DNA of 35,439 bases from an uncultured Methanosarcinales archaeon. Its GTDB lineage: Archaea > Nanobdellota > Nanobdellia > Woesearchaeales > CAZPJY01. Made by a program: the position numbers and the translations under genes. The stretch is taken from assembly GCA_964587045.1 (NCBI GenBank), contig CAZPJY010000020.1:1-35439 (forward strand), read 5' to 3'. The notes below the pieces were generated by a model that did no database searches, had not been told where the DNA came from, and saw nothing but the letters and a program-made list of their open reading frames with translations. How positions within the stretch are numbered: position 1 is the first letter of the stretch; the number at the start of each line of letters is the position of its first letter. Positions 25,076-33,752 of the stretch are shown piece after piece.

Positions 25076-25603
25076 ATGGTTGACAACCTAGGGATGACTT
25101 TGGATAGGGATGTACTCAGACAGGCAAACATTGAGGCAAAGGATGAGATAGCAGAGCTAAGGCGCCTTGTCGCATTCTTATCATCGAAATTTGAACTCGA
25201 AGCGGATGAGATCCTATCTCTCGCAGATGATAGTCTCCCCCTCATGGTTTTCGCACAGGGGTTACCACCATTAGAGGCTTTGGTCCGGTATATGAAGGAT
25301 GAGAGGGGGAACACCATATCAGAAGTCGCCGCAATTCTCAATAGAAGCCCAAAGACTATCTGGCACAGCTACAGGCAATCCTTGACACAGCCGTTCCATC
25401 AATCTCGTTCGGCTGGTCCGAACATCCCATTGCGTATCTTCCATGACCGGCGGTTCTCAATCCTTGAGGCGGTCTGCCACTACCTAAAGGAAAAAAAGGG
25501 ATGGTCCAATATAAGAATCTCAAGAGAATTAAACCGGGACACGAGGACAGTATGGACTGTGCTGTCGCGTCACAGGAAAAAGTATATAGGTGGTACATCA
25601 TGA
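25076..25603 (+). CDS. DNA-binding protein, 175 aa, with two sigma70-region-4-like HTH modules; paralogue of 23300..24310
   Basis: LPPLEALVRYMKD...ISEVAAILNRSPKTIW and IPLRIF..RRFSILEAVCHYLKE...ISRELNRDTRTVWT. Confidence 0.8.
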   Translation: MVDNLGMTLDRDVLRQANIEAKDEIAELRRLVAFLSSKFELEADEILSLADDSLPLMVFAQGLPPLEALVRYMKDERGNTISEVAAILNRSPKTIWHSYRQSLTQPFHQSRSAGPNIPLRIFHDRRFSILEAVCHYLKEKKGWSNIRISRELNRDTRTVWTVLSRHRKKYIGGTS

Positions 25604-28600
25604 GAAGAACCGTGCTTCTGGCCCTCAGCATCATGATTCTTATAGTACCGCTCATCGCAAACGGATTGATGCTCTCCAGCGATAAGGAATCATTCATAGC
25701 TGGAGAGCCTGTGATAATAGGCCTAAATGGATCTTACAACCTCAGCGCGCCAGTGGATGTCATAGTCGTAGATCAAAGTGGGGTTGTCTCGCTAGTGGGG
25801 TACTGTTTGCCACCCTGCAAAATTATATTTAACCCACAATTCCAATCTGTAGGCGATTATGAAATAAGCGCCATCACAGACAACGAGACCATAGCATCAT
25901 TGAACATCTCCTTTACTGACGGCCGTCCCGCAGAGGAGATAGGGGCCCTGATTAGGAAAAAGACCCTGCGAGAGGGCGAGTCCGAGGACTTCGAGATTCA
26001 ACCCGCCCGCGCAAGGGGGTCATTTTGGGTAGAGGATGCAAACGGCACAATACTCGAGAACTTAACAAAGCATGAAATAACAGGAAGGGCGCCTGGCAAA
26101 TACATCCTGAAAGGGCTCCTTAACGATAAGGAGAGGTCATCGTATGTTTCAGTAGCGTTCACGGTGGTTCAGGACCTGAATAGGATCCTCGATAAGACGA
26201 CCATCCTGTTGAGGGATGAAGAAGGTCACGACATCCCTGCCAGGGTCAGGGTGCTGAACAGGACTGAGAGGGGCGCATATGAAGTCGAATTCACACCGGA
26301 ACACGCCACTATCAACAGGGTCATCATGAAAATTCCTGACACATCCCAAGTGGCAAGATTCAGAATAGGGGAGGGTGAGGTGTCTGGTAAGTTCACCCAA
26401 TCCTACTCCATAGACCCAGAGGAGGTCAACTTGACTTCTGCTATCATATCCGTAGTGGCAAAAGGGACCAGCCTTTACAAGTGCAAGGATTGGGATTTCG
26501 ACTCTCAGGAATGCTTTGGAGCGTGGGAATTCCATAAGAAAATCGTTCCCGGTAGTGAGTATAACATCACAATCGGCCCGGATGATCCTGGGTTTGGAGA
26601 ACTCGGCAACAACTGGTCGGTTCAGAGCGGTACTTCATCGATAACCAACGGCAACAGCTTTGCGACAGCCCCAATATCAGATATCAACATTACCCGCTCA
26701 TTCATCCTCTTCAGACAAAGGATGGGAAACGGCGACAGATACCCTGACATCAGCGCTGTATATGCGACTTTCGACGACACAGACCAAATAAGGTTCACCA
26801 GGGAGGGCAGTTCAAGCTTGGTGAACATCGACTGGTATGTGGTCGAGGGAAGCGACATCCGAGTCGTGAACGGGACAACAGACTACAACGATTCAGATGT
26901 GCAGAAGGACGAGGTGATCCCAGTCGTCAACCTGAGCAACAGCTTCGTAATCGCATCTGCCAGCTGTGATGACTCGGTCGATGACCAATGGCACGAGACG
27001 TTTTGGACAGGCGAGCTTCTTAACCAGTCCGCGCTAAGGCTTCAACGCAACACCTCAGGCGCATGTGATGGTACCATTGGATGGTTCGTGGTTGAGATGA
27101 GGGATGGTTCCTCAGTCCAGACTGGAACAGCCACCCTCGGTTCGTCATCAGTCGAGACAACCGCAAGCATCCAAGATGTCAACATGTCAAGCTCTTTTCT
27201 CTATTTCACCCGCAGGACCGATGACAGCGCGACGGGACTCGCCCACACGTCAGTTTTTGGCGAGATGACAAACTCAACAACACTCACATTTAGGAGGCAG
27301 ACAGCCGCAGGGCAGACCGACATACATTGGTTCGTTGTGGAAACTGTGTGGGCTAACGTCCAACGGGGCTACTATTACACCCCAACAACTGGAACCATCA
27401 CCCGAAACGAGCCGATAGGAGATGTCAACCTCACACGCAGTTTCTCACTCCTGTCAAATGACTGTACAGGTGCGGGAGAATCGTATGCAAGACCGCACTG
27501 GACGAGCATGCTCACGAGCGAGACTAACCTTTACTTGAGTCGGGATTACACTGGGCAGAGCCAGAACCTCAGCTGGGAGGTCGTCGAGTTCGGAGAGCCG
27601 GCCATCACTGTGTTTTGGGCCAATGAGGAAAACAATCTCGGCGTAGGGAGCCTTGATGGAGGTAACCTAACAGGCAACGAGACAGTATATTCCCATGGCA
27701 CAAACAGAAATGTGAGTGTGGAATGCGTTGCCGGAAACTGCTCCTATATCCTCGATGAATGGGTGGACGGGACCGACCTGGCTGGAGGTGAGAGCGCCAC
27801 TGTCGGTTTCATATGCCTGAACGCCAGCCCTGGAGTATTCAGCGCCACTTTCAACCTCACGAGCAACCTCGACCAGTCCGCTGACCAGTACGTAGTAAAT
27901 TGTGAGATTCTCCCGCCCGTTACGGTCTTTTGGAACCAGACCAATCTGGATATCGGCGGCGGGAACGCAAGCGGCGGCTCAATCACCTCCTCTCTCGAAA
28001 TTCAATCTTTGGGTGTAAACTCGAACATAATGGTGGCCTGCACCTATGGGAACTGCTCCATTTTTTCATCTAACTGGACCAACAGCACCAGTTTAAACGA
28101 TGCCGAATCGGTGCTTACAACATTCACATGCGATGATACAATACCCGGTTCTTTTTCAGCCTTGTTTGGTGTTTGGTCAAATGAAGACACGCTGCCAAAC
28201 GAGGTGGTTTTGACCTGCGAGATGATTGACATCACACCCCCATCCCAAGTGAACGGGCTTGATAACACCTCTGTTGGATACACATGGATTACTTGGAGCT
28301 GGACCGCCCCGTCGGAGAGCGATTTCAATCATGTAGAGATTTGGATCAACGGGTCTTTTTGGGTGAACACTTCCTCAGAGAGCGTGAACATCACCGGGCT
28401 GTTGCCCTTAACGACCTATGAGATAGGAACAAGAACTGTGGATAGCAGCGGTAACGTCAACATCTCCTGGGTAAACAACACGGCAGCCACTTTGGAAAAC
28501 TTGGCACCTGCCGCGACCCTCATCGCGCCAGCCAACGGGAGCGTAAGCTCCCTCCCTTGGAGGCTGATTGAGGCGGAAGTTACTGACCCAGAGGATGGAA

Positions 28601-31600
28601 CAATCTGCGTGTGGGTATTTGGAGGGATATCGGCACCCCCCTCGGCAGAAAATCTCGTTTATAGCAATTGCAGCTTCGGTAACGCGAGTACGGTTTCGTA
28701 CAACTGGACCTCACCTGTGCTTTTGCCGACTGCGCAGACCGAAGTGCTCTGGCATTTCGACAAACTGCGCGAATATGGCGAGAATGACACATTCATCTTG
28801 GATTTCGCATACAACAGCCATGACCGCACCTGCACAACTACATGTCCGTCATTTATTGAGAACGGGGGAAAATTCGCAGGCGGGTATCACTACAATGGAT
28901 TGAACCAGTACTGGGAGCTGAACGAGCAGTACTTCAACGATCCTTTCACCCAGCGCGTCTTCCAGGCATGGATCAAACCAGAAGACACAAATGGTATCCA
29001 GACCATCTACGAGGAAGGTGGGGCCACAAATGGCTTCGCACTCCGCCTCAACGGGGCCACGCTCGAGTTCGGAACGCAGACCTCCGATGCAATTTATATA
29101 ATCTCGACACCATACATCGACACGTCTGGCTGGCACTTCGTGACCGCCCAATACGACAGCGGCAACATGACCCTCTATGTCGACGGAACCCTCGTCAACT
29201 CGACTGACACGTCAGCAGACTTCACAACAATTGCAAGCCACGGCAATGATGGCGGACTGGGTGCAACCCAAGGTTCGGACGCTTTCGACAACACAGCAGC
29301 TCAATGGTATGACGGAAGAATAGATGAGGTCCGCATCCTCAACACGCCACTTTCCCAGTTGGAAGTGATGCAAGGATACCAACTATCCATCAACACAACC
29401 TATTACTGGAGGGTAGGTATGTCCGATTCTTTCAACAGCGCATTTGGGCCGATATGGTCGTTTAACCTAGCTAATGAGACAGTCATCTGGAACTCATCCT
29501 CACTTAATTTGGGATACGGGCTACCAGAGGATGGAAACTTAACTGGCAACATCACTCTGCGCAGCTTTGGGGAAAATGAAAACATCAATGTCACATGCGT
29601 CAGCGGTAACTGCTCGGTAATCGTCGATGATTGGATCGACGGGTCCAACTTGGGTCATGATGCTGAACAATCCGTGAATTTTACGTGCATAAACATCTCA
29701 ACAGGCATCTTCTATGCTGCATTTGAACTTATCTCAGACCAGGACAGCTTGCCATCTGAGGTGAATGTTACCTGCGAGATGCTCCCCCCTGTTTTCATCG
29801 TTTGGAATCAAACAGAGCTCAATATGTTTGGCTGGTACAGTGAGGGCAACGCAACCGGCCTAGTCGATATCCATTCTAGCGGATTTAATGCAAACGTTTC
29901 GAACTGGTGTTCGGAGGGTGATTGCTCCTCAGTATCGAACGACTGGGTGAACGGAATTGACATGCCGGACGGAACCTCATATTCAGTTAATTTTTCCTGC
30001 TCCGATGCTGTACCAGGATCATTCAACTCCACTTACCTACTGACTTCATATAACGACAGCGTTCCGCACGAGCTCTCATTGGTATGCATCATGACAGACA
30101 GGCCGCCGAGCTCGGTGTTAAACCTCAGTGATCAGGATGCTGGATTGAGCTGGATAGAGTGGTCCTGGACCAACCCCACTGATATGGACTTCAACCACTC
30201 GGAGGTGTGGCTGAACGGATCCTTTGTGCTCAATACTTCAAACGAAGTCCTAAACATGACAGGCTTGGCACCTTCGACTGCCTATGTGATACAGATTATG
30301 ACCGTCGATGATGGAGGCAACATAAACACCAGTTGGGTAAACGACACGGCAGAAACTCTCCATAACGACCTACCAGAAGTGACGCACTTATCTCCCCCTC
30401 ACCAAAGTGTCGGTCCCAACGATTATAGGGATCTGGCTATAGAGGCTTATGACACGGAGGCACAATTGTTTTGCTTGCGTATTTATGGCGATACCGCAGG
30501 CTCAATCGTAGAGGAGGCCCTCCTTTACAGTAATTGCAGCTTCGAAAACGCAAGTGTGATATCGTACAACTGGACCTCACCTGTGCTTTCGCCAACTGCG
30601 CAGACCGAAGTGCTCTGGCATTTCGACAAACGGAGCGAATACGGAGAGAATACCACTTATGTGAATGATTTCACAGGGAATGGATTCAACCGCTCATGCG
30701 CCGGCTCATCCTGTCCAGTATTCATAGAGAACGGTGGAAAATTCGCAGGAGGATATCACTACAACGGACTGAACCAGTACTGGCAGCTGACAGAGCAGTA
30801 CTTCAATGACGCATTCTCAACACGCGTTTTCCAAGCATGGGTCAAACCAGAAGACACGAATGGCATCCAGACCATCTACGAGGAAGGTGGAGCAACAAAT
30901 GGCTTTGCCCTCCGCCTCAACGGAGCCACGCTCGAGTTCGGAACGCAGACCAACCAATTTATCTACATCACATCGACACCATACGAAGACACAGCAGGCT
31001 GGCACTTCGTGACCGCCCAGTACGACAGCGGCAACATGACCCTCTATATCGACGGAATTCTCTTAAACTCAACCGACACATCAGCAGACTACACAACAAT
31101 CTCGGGGCATGGCAATGAAGGCGGCTTGGGTGCCACGGAGAGTCAAGACGCGTTCGATGCTTCCGCCGGAAACTATTTCGCAGGAAAGATTGATGAGGTA
31201 CGCTTCCTCAACACACCCATCACCTCAGCTGAAGTGATGCAGGACTACCACCTTGCTGACAACTCTACTTACGGGTGGAGCGGTCGGGCATTCGACGGTT
31301 TTGGATGGACTAATGTGTCTGAGTGGGAATTCACCGTCGCTCTTGTTGATGTTGAGGTAAACGACGGCAATTTGAGCCTGTCTGTTCCATTTCCACATGA
31401 TGAGGAGAATGTCACATTGTTTGTTGAGGTTTTCAACAATTTCGCGAGCAACATCAGCAATCTATCTGTCATTTTTTGGGATGAGTCTCTTTCGCTGACA
31501 ATTGGAAACATCACCATCCCATACCTACCCGGAGGAACCAGTAAAACCGTTAACATTTCCTTTATCACCCACTTTGGTACTATGAATATTACAGCAATCG

Positions 31601-32973
31601 CGGATCCTGACGACGAGCTTGATGAGACATTCGAGGTGAACAACAATGCCTCAATCCAATTCGCCGTTGTTGATGTGTTAGGAAATGAGAGCACATTGGA
31701 TGGTAATCTGCAGGATCCCCATATCTATGTGGATGGTACTCCCCTCAACGCTAGTACTGATTATGATGGGTTAGGAAATATTAGCATCAAGAATGGAAGC
31801 CAGCTTATCACCTATTTTTATCATAACTTCTCTAAGGATATGTTGAATATTACAAATATCACTGTTAGGCTCGATAATCTTTCAGTCATCATTAAGGTGC
31901 TCAACCATCAGGATCTCACCTTGCTGGTCCCACTGGTCGATGCAAAATGCAACGTGAAGGTGTGCGAGGGGGTTGGCAACATGTCTGAGTGTGGGGATGT
32001 CAGTTATGTGTATCCAACACCCAACCTAGGATTCTGCGGTGTGGTCGTCAATGGGACTGGTGCTGAGGACCAAGAGGATCTAGAAGACGCCATGATCAAT
32101 TCCACATCGCTGACCTTCAATGACACATCACTTTTGGAAGGTAGTCCTGTGCTTGTATCTGTTGAGGTTTTCAATAAAGGGAATACAAATCTTACTGATG
32201 TTTTAGTTATGTTCTGGGATAATGCTACCGGAACGCAGATTGGAGCCAACCAATCCATCCCACTTATTGGCGTTGGAGGTTCTGTCTCCATCAATGTCAC
32301 ATGGTCCTCAAATATTGGAACCACCTTGATATGGGTATTAATTGATCCAGACCATACAATCAACGAAACCAACGAGAGTAACAACGAAATAGGGAAGAAC
32401 ATTTCCGTCTCGATGTGGGAAGTGTACTTTGGTAATATTACTGGAGGCTTGAGGCTTGCAGACTCTGAGAACCGGTCGGAATTCGAATGGACCCTGACTT
32501 CACTCATAGGCAATATCTATGTTGCTGACAGCGACAATTCGATAGACTGGTCGAAGCTCTGGCCACTCGGCCTGGATCTTTCGAACAACACGCAAAATGA
32601 CGATTTTGAGGAGGTCGATTCAGCTTTAGGAACTTCGGGCTATAATGATTCGGTCAACAGGACTTTCCTAAACAATGGCGTACCCTATGATACTGAGAGT
32701 CTGAGCCTCTTTGGTAGGACCTTGGATGCCATCAGAGTCGTGAACAGTTCAATCAACACTAATTTCAAGACAGGCATCCTGTGGGACAGCTCAGATGACG
32801 ACGGGGATACGGAGTACACCCAAGATGATGAGGACCTTGTCATGGTCTCTGGTATCAACGAGGATTCCCTTGGCGGGTATGGAAACTATGACTATGAGAT
32901 CAAAGTTATGGCTTTGCTTGATGAATATAAAGGTGGGGATGGTACTTTATATTTCTACGGGGAGCTTCGATAA
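25600..32973 (+). CDS. Giant secreted adhesin-like protein, 2457 aa: N-terminal domains, 4x VQxG...WxVVE repeats, 2x [2 Cys-rich Ig + FN3 + LamG], 2 CARDB, C-terminal GGNVT-family domain lacking its first strand
   Basis: Likely start ATG 25600 (ATGA overlap, AGGTGG SD, signal peptide). LamG: WHFD...AWIKP...WHFVTAQYD...LYVDG...GxIDEVR. CARDB: ADPDDELDETFEVNN, IDPDHTINETNESNN. Ends WEVYFGNITG...YDYEIKV...LYFYGELR with no TM helix. Confidence 0.9.
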   Translation: MRRTVLLALSIMILIVPLIANGLMLSSDKESFIAGEPVIIGLNGSYNLSAPVDVIVVDQSGVVSLVGYCLPPCKIIFNPQFQSVGDYEISAITDNETIASLNISFTDGRPAEEIGALIRKKTLREGESEDFEIQPARARGSFWVEDANGTILENLTKHEITGRAPGKYILKGLLNDKERSSYVSVAFTVVQDLNRILDKTTILLRDEEGHDIPARVRVLNRTERGAYEVEFTPEHATINRVIMKIPDTSQVARFRIGEGEVSGKFTQSYSIDPEEVNLTSAIISVVAKGTSLYKCKDWDFDSQECFGAWEFHKKIVPGSEYNITIGPDDPGFGELGNNWSVQSGTSSITNGNSFATAPISDINITRSFILFRQRMGNGDRYPDISAVYATFDDTDQIRFTREGSSSLVNIDWYVVEGSDIRVVNGTTDYNDSDVQKDEVIPVVNLSNSFVIASASCDDSVDDQWHETFWTGELLNQSALRLQRNTSGACDGTIGWFVVEMRDGSSVQTGTATLGSSSVETTASIQDVNMSSSFLYFTRRTDDSATGLAHTSVFGEMTNSTTLTFRRQTAAGQTDIHWFVVETVWANVQRGYYYTPTTGTITRNEPIGDVNLTRSFSLLSNDCTGAGESYARPHWTSMLTSETNLYLSRDYTGQSQNLSWEVVEFGEPAITVFWANEENNLGVGSLDGGNLTGNETVYSHGTNRNVSVECVAGNCSYILDEWVDGTDLAGGESATVGFICLNASPGVFSATFNLTSNLDQSADQYVVNCEILPPVTVFWNQTNLDIGGGNASGGSITSSLEIQSLGVNSNIMVACTYGNCSIFSSNWTNSTSLNDAESVLTTFTCDDTIPGSFSALFGVWSNEDTLPNEVVLTCEMIDITPPSQVNGLDNTSVGYTWITWSWTAPSESDFNHVEIWINGSFWVNTSSESVNITGLLPLTTYEIGTRTVDSSGNVNISWVNNTAATLENLAPAATLIAPANGSVSSLPWRLIEAEVTDPEDGTICVWVFGGISAPPSAENLVYSNCSFGNASTVSYNWTSPVLLPTAQTEVLWHFDKLREYGENDTFILDFAYNSHDRTCTTTCPSFIENGGKFAGGYHYNGLNQYWELNEQYFNDPFTQRVFQAWIKPEDTNGIQTIYEEGGATNGFALRLNGATLEFGTQTSDAIYIISTPYIDTSGWHFVTAQYDSGNMTLYVDGTLVNSTDTSADFTTIASHGNDGGLGATQGSDAFDNTAAQWYDGRIDEVRILNTPLSQLEVMQGYQLSINTTYYWRVGMSDSFNSAFGPIWSFNLANETVIWNSSSLNLGYGLPEDGNLTGNITLRSFGENENINVTCVSGNCSVIVDDWIDGSNLGHDAEQSVNFTCINISTGIFYAAFELISDQDSLPSEVNVTCEMLPPVFIVWNQTELNMFGWYSEGNATGLVDIHSSGFNANVSNWCSEGDCSSVSNDWVNGIDMPDGTSYSVNFSCSDAVPGSFNSTYLLTSYNDSVPHELSLVCIMTDRPPSSVLNLSDQDAGLSWIEWSWTNPTDMDFNHSEVWLNGSFVLNTSNEVLNMTGLAPSTAYVIQIMTVDDGGNINTSWVNDTAETLHNDLPEVTHLSPPHQSVGPNDYRDLAIEAYDTEAQLFCLRIYGDTAGSIVEEALLYSNCSFENASVISYNWTSPVLSPTAQTEVLWHFDKRSEYGENTTYVNDFTGNGFNRSCAGSSCPVFIENGGKFAGGYHYNGLNQYWQLTEQYFNDAFSTRVFQAWVKPEDTNGIQTIYEEGGATNGFALRLNGATLEFGTQTNQFIYITSTPYEDTAGWHFVTAQYDSGNMTLYIDGILLNSTDTSADYTTISGHGNEGGLGATESQDAFDASAGNYFAGKIDEVRFLNTPITSAEVMQDYHLADNSTYGWSGRAFDGFGWTNVSEWEFTVALVDVEVNDGNLSLSVPFPHDEENVTLFVEVFNNFASNISNLSVIFWDESLSLTIGNITIPYLPGGTSKTVNISFITHFGTMNITAIADPDDELDETFEVNNNASIQFAVVDVLGNESTLDGNLQDPHIYVDGTPLNASTDYDGLGNISIKNGSQLITYFYHNFSKDMLNITNITVRLDNLSVIIKVLNHQDLTLLVPLVDAKCNVKVCEGVGNMSECGDVSYVYPTPNLGFCGVVVNGTGAEDQEDLEDAMINSTSLTFNDTSLLEGSPVLVSVEVFNKGNTNLTDVLVMFWDNATGTQIGANQSIPLIGVGGSVSINVTWSSNIGTTLIWVLIDPDHTINETNESNNEIGKNISVSMWEVYFGNITGGLRLADSENRSEFEWTLTSLIGNIYVADSDNSIDWSKLWPLGLDLSNNTQNDDFEEVDSALGTSGYNDSVNRTFLNNGVPYDTESLSLFGRTLDAIRVVNSSINTNFKTGILWDSSDDDGDTEYTQDDEDLVMVSGINEDSLGGYGNYDYEIKVMALLDEYKGGDGTLYFYGELR
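28696..31218 (+). repeat. Intragenic LamG-encoding repeat, 28696-29349 and 30562-31218 (offset 1866-1869 bp), part of a ~622-aa duplicated unit
   Basis: Long near-identical DNA stretches such as TCGTACAACTGGACCTCACCTGTGCTTT and ATCCAGACCATCTACGAGGAAGGTGG occur in both copies. Confidence 0.85.
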
Positions 32974-33089
32974 TATAATTAAATGATTATAATTTTATAA
33001 TAATAAAGTAAAATATAATAAAAATAGATATAATAATATAATTAAATAGTTATAATAATATTTTCTTATAAGGTAAAAATCAACAAATG

Positions 33090-33174
33090 ATTATAACAAA
33101 AAAGTTATAATAATATAGAAAATTCAATACTAAATAGAAAAATATTTATATTATTATATCAAAAAAGTTATAAT
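33090..33174 (+). promoter_or_regulatory. Two 22-bp operators ATTATAWC-AAAAAA-GTTATAAT (33090-33111, 33153-33174) flanking BRE/TATA GAAAAATATTTATA
   Basis: The first copy is a perfect 8-bp inverted repeat, the second has one mismatch; they start 63 bp apart. Confidence 0.7.
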
Positions 33175-33188
33175 TGGGCTACCAGTGA

Positions 33189-33752
33189 GTGCTAATGAAG
33201 TGGGATTTTGAGCAAAAGGTTCTCTCTTTGTATCAATCAAACCTATTTGACGTCCACTCGATAAACCAGATCGCAACGCTTCTCAAGAAGAAATATCCGT
33301 TCGTCAACAAGAAAGTATCAGATCTCGTGCAGGAGGGCGTGCTGACCAAAATCCCTGTGGGCAGAGCCCACCTGTGCATGCTGAACCTCGCAAGCGAGAA
33401 GACCATCTTGTTACTTGCATTGAACGAACTCGCGAAGAAGCAGCGTTTGGATCCAAAGACGGTCAGCTTGATAGATGAAGCCATCGGCGGCATGGTCGAT
33501 GCCACTGCCTACATCGAAGGCAAAGGCCGTATAGTCGTGGTGAGCGCAAAACCAGTCAAGCTCATTGTCACAGGTTACCTGGTCTCAAGCATAACCTATG
33601 AGCAGTTCGAAAAGAACTTGCTCGAGAGCGACAAGCCATTGACGGACTTCGTCGTGATAAGAGGCTACGAGACCTTCTACAGGACGGTAGCCAAACTCGC
33701 TGGGGAGCTCAAGCAAAAGCACAACCCGCTGATGAGGGAGCTAGGAAGATGA
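33189..33752 (+). CDS. Winged-helix regulator, 187 aa, with a degenerate nucleotidyltransferase-like C-terminal domain
   Basis: SINQIATLLKKKYPFVNKKVSDLVQEGVLTKIPVGRAHLC is a wHTH; the VVIRGYETFY tail matches HTH-NTase proteins but GS..DxD is absent; start may be ATG 33195. Confidence 0.7.
   Translation: MLMKWDFEQKVLSLYQSNLFDVHSINQIATLLKKKYPFVNKKVSDLVQEGVLTKIPVGRAHLCMLNLASEKTILLLALNELAKKQRLDPKTVSLIDEAIGGMVDATAYIEGKGRIVVVSAKPVKLIVTGYLVSSITYEQFEKNLLESDKPLTDFVVIRGYETFYRTVAKLAGELKQKHNPLMRELGR

Noticed and set aside
25501..25599. ORF-track start of the giant gene at 25501 (likewise 279, 7319, 7445, 13202, 15970, 24271)
   Set aside because: Alternative ATGs give ATGA coupling, SD or TATA spacing and clean signal peptides; 279 is internal to a frame open from the window edge.
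28696..31218. Diversity-generating retroelement TR/VR pair
   Set aside because: Mismatches involve all four bases in both directions, both copies are in-frame parts of one gene, and there is no reverse transcriptase in the window.
32974..33188. CRISPR array/leader or replication origin
   Set aside because: No repeat-spacer periodicity, no cas genes, no ORB-like G-string and no cdc6/orc1 nearby; the repeats fit operators better.
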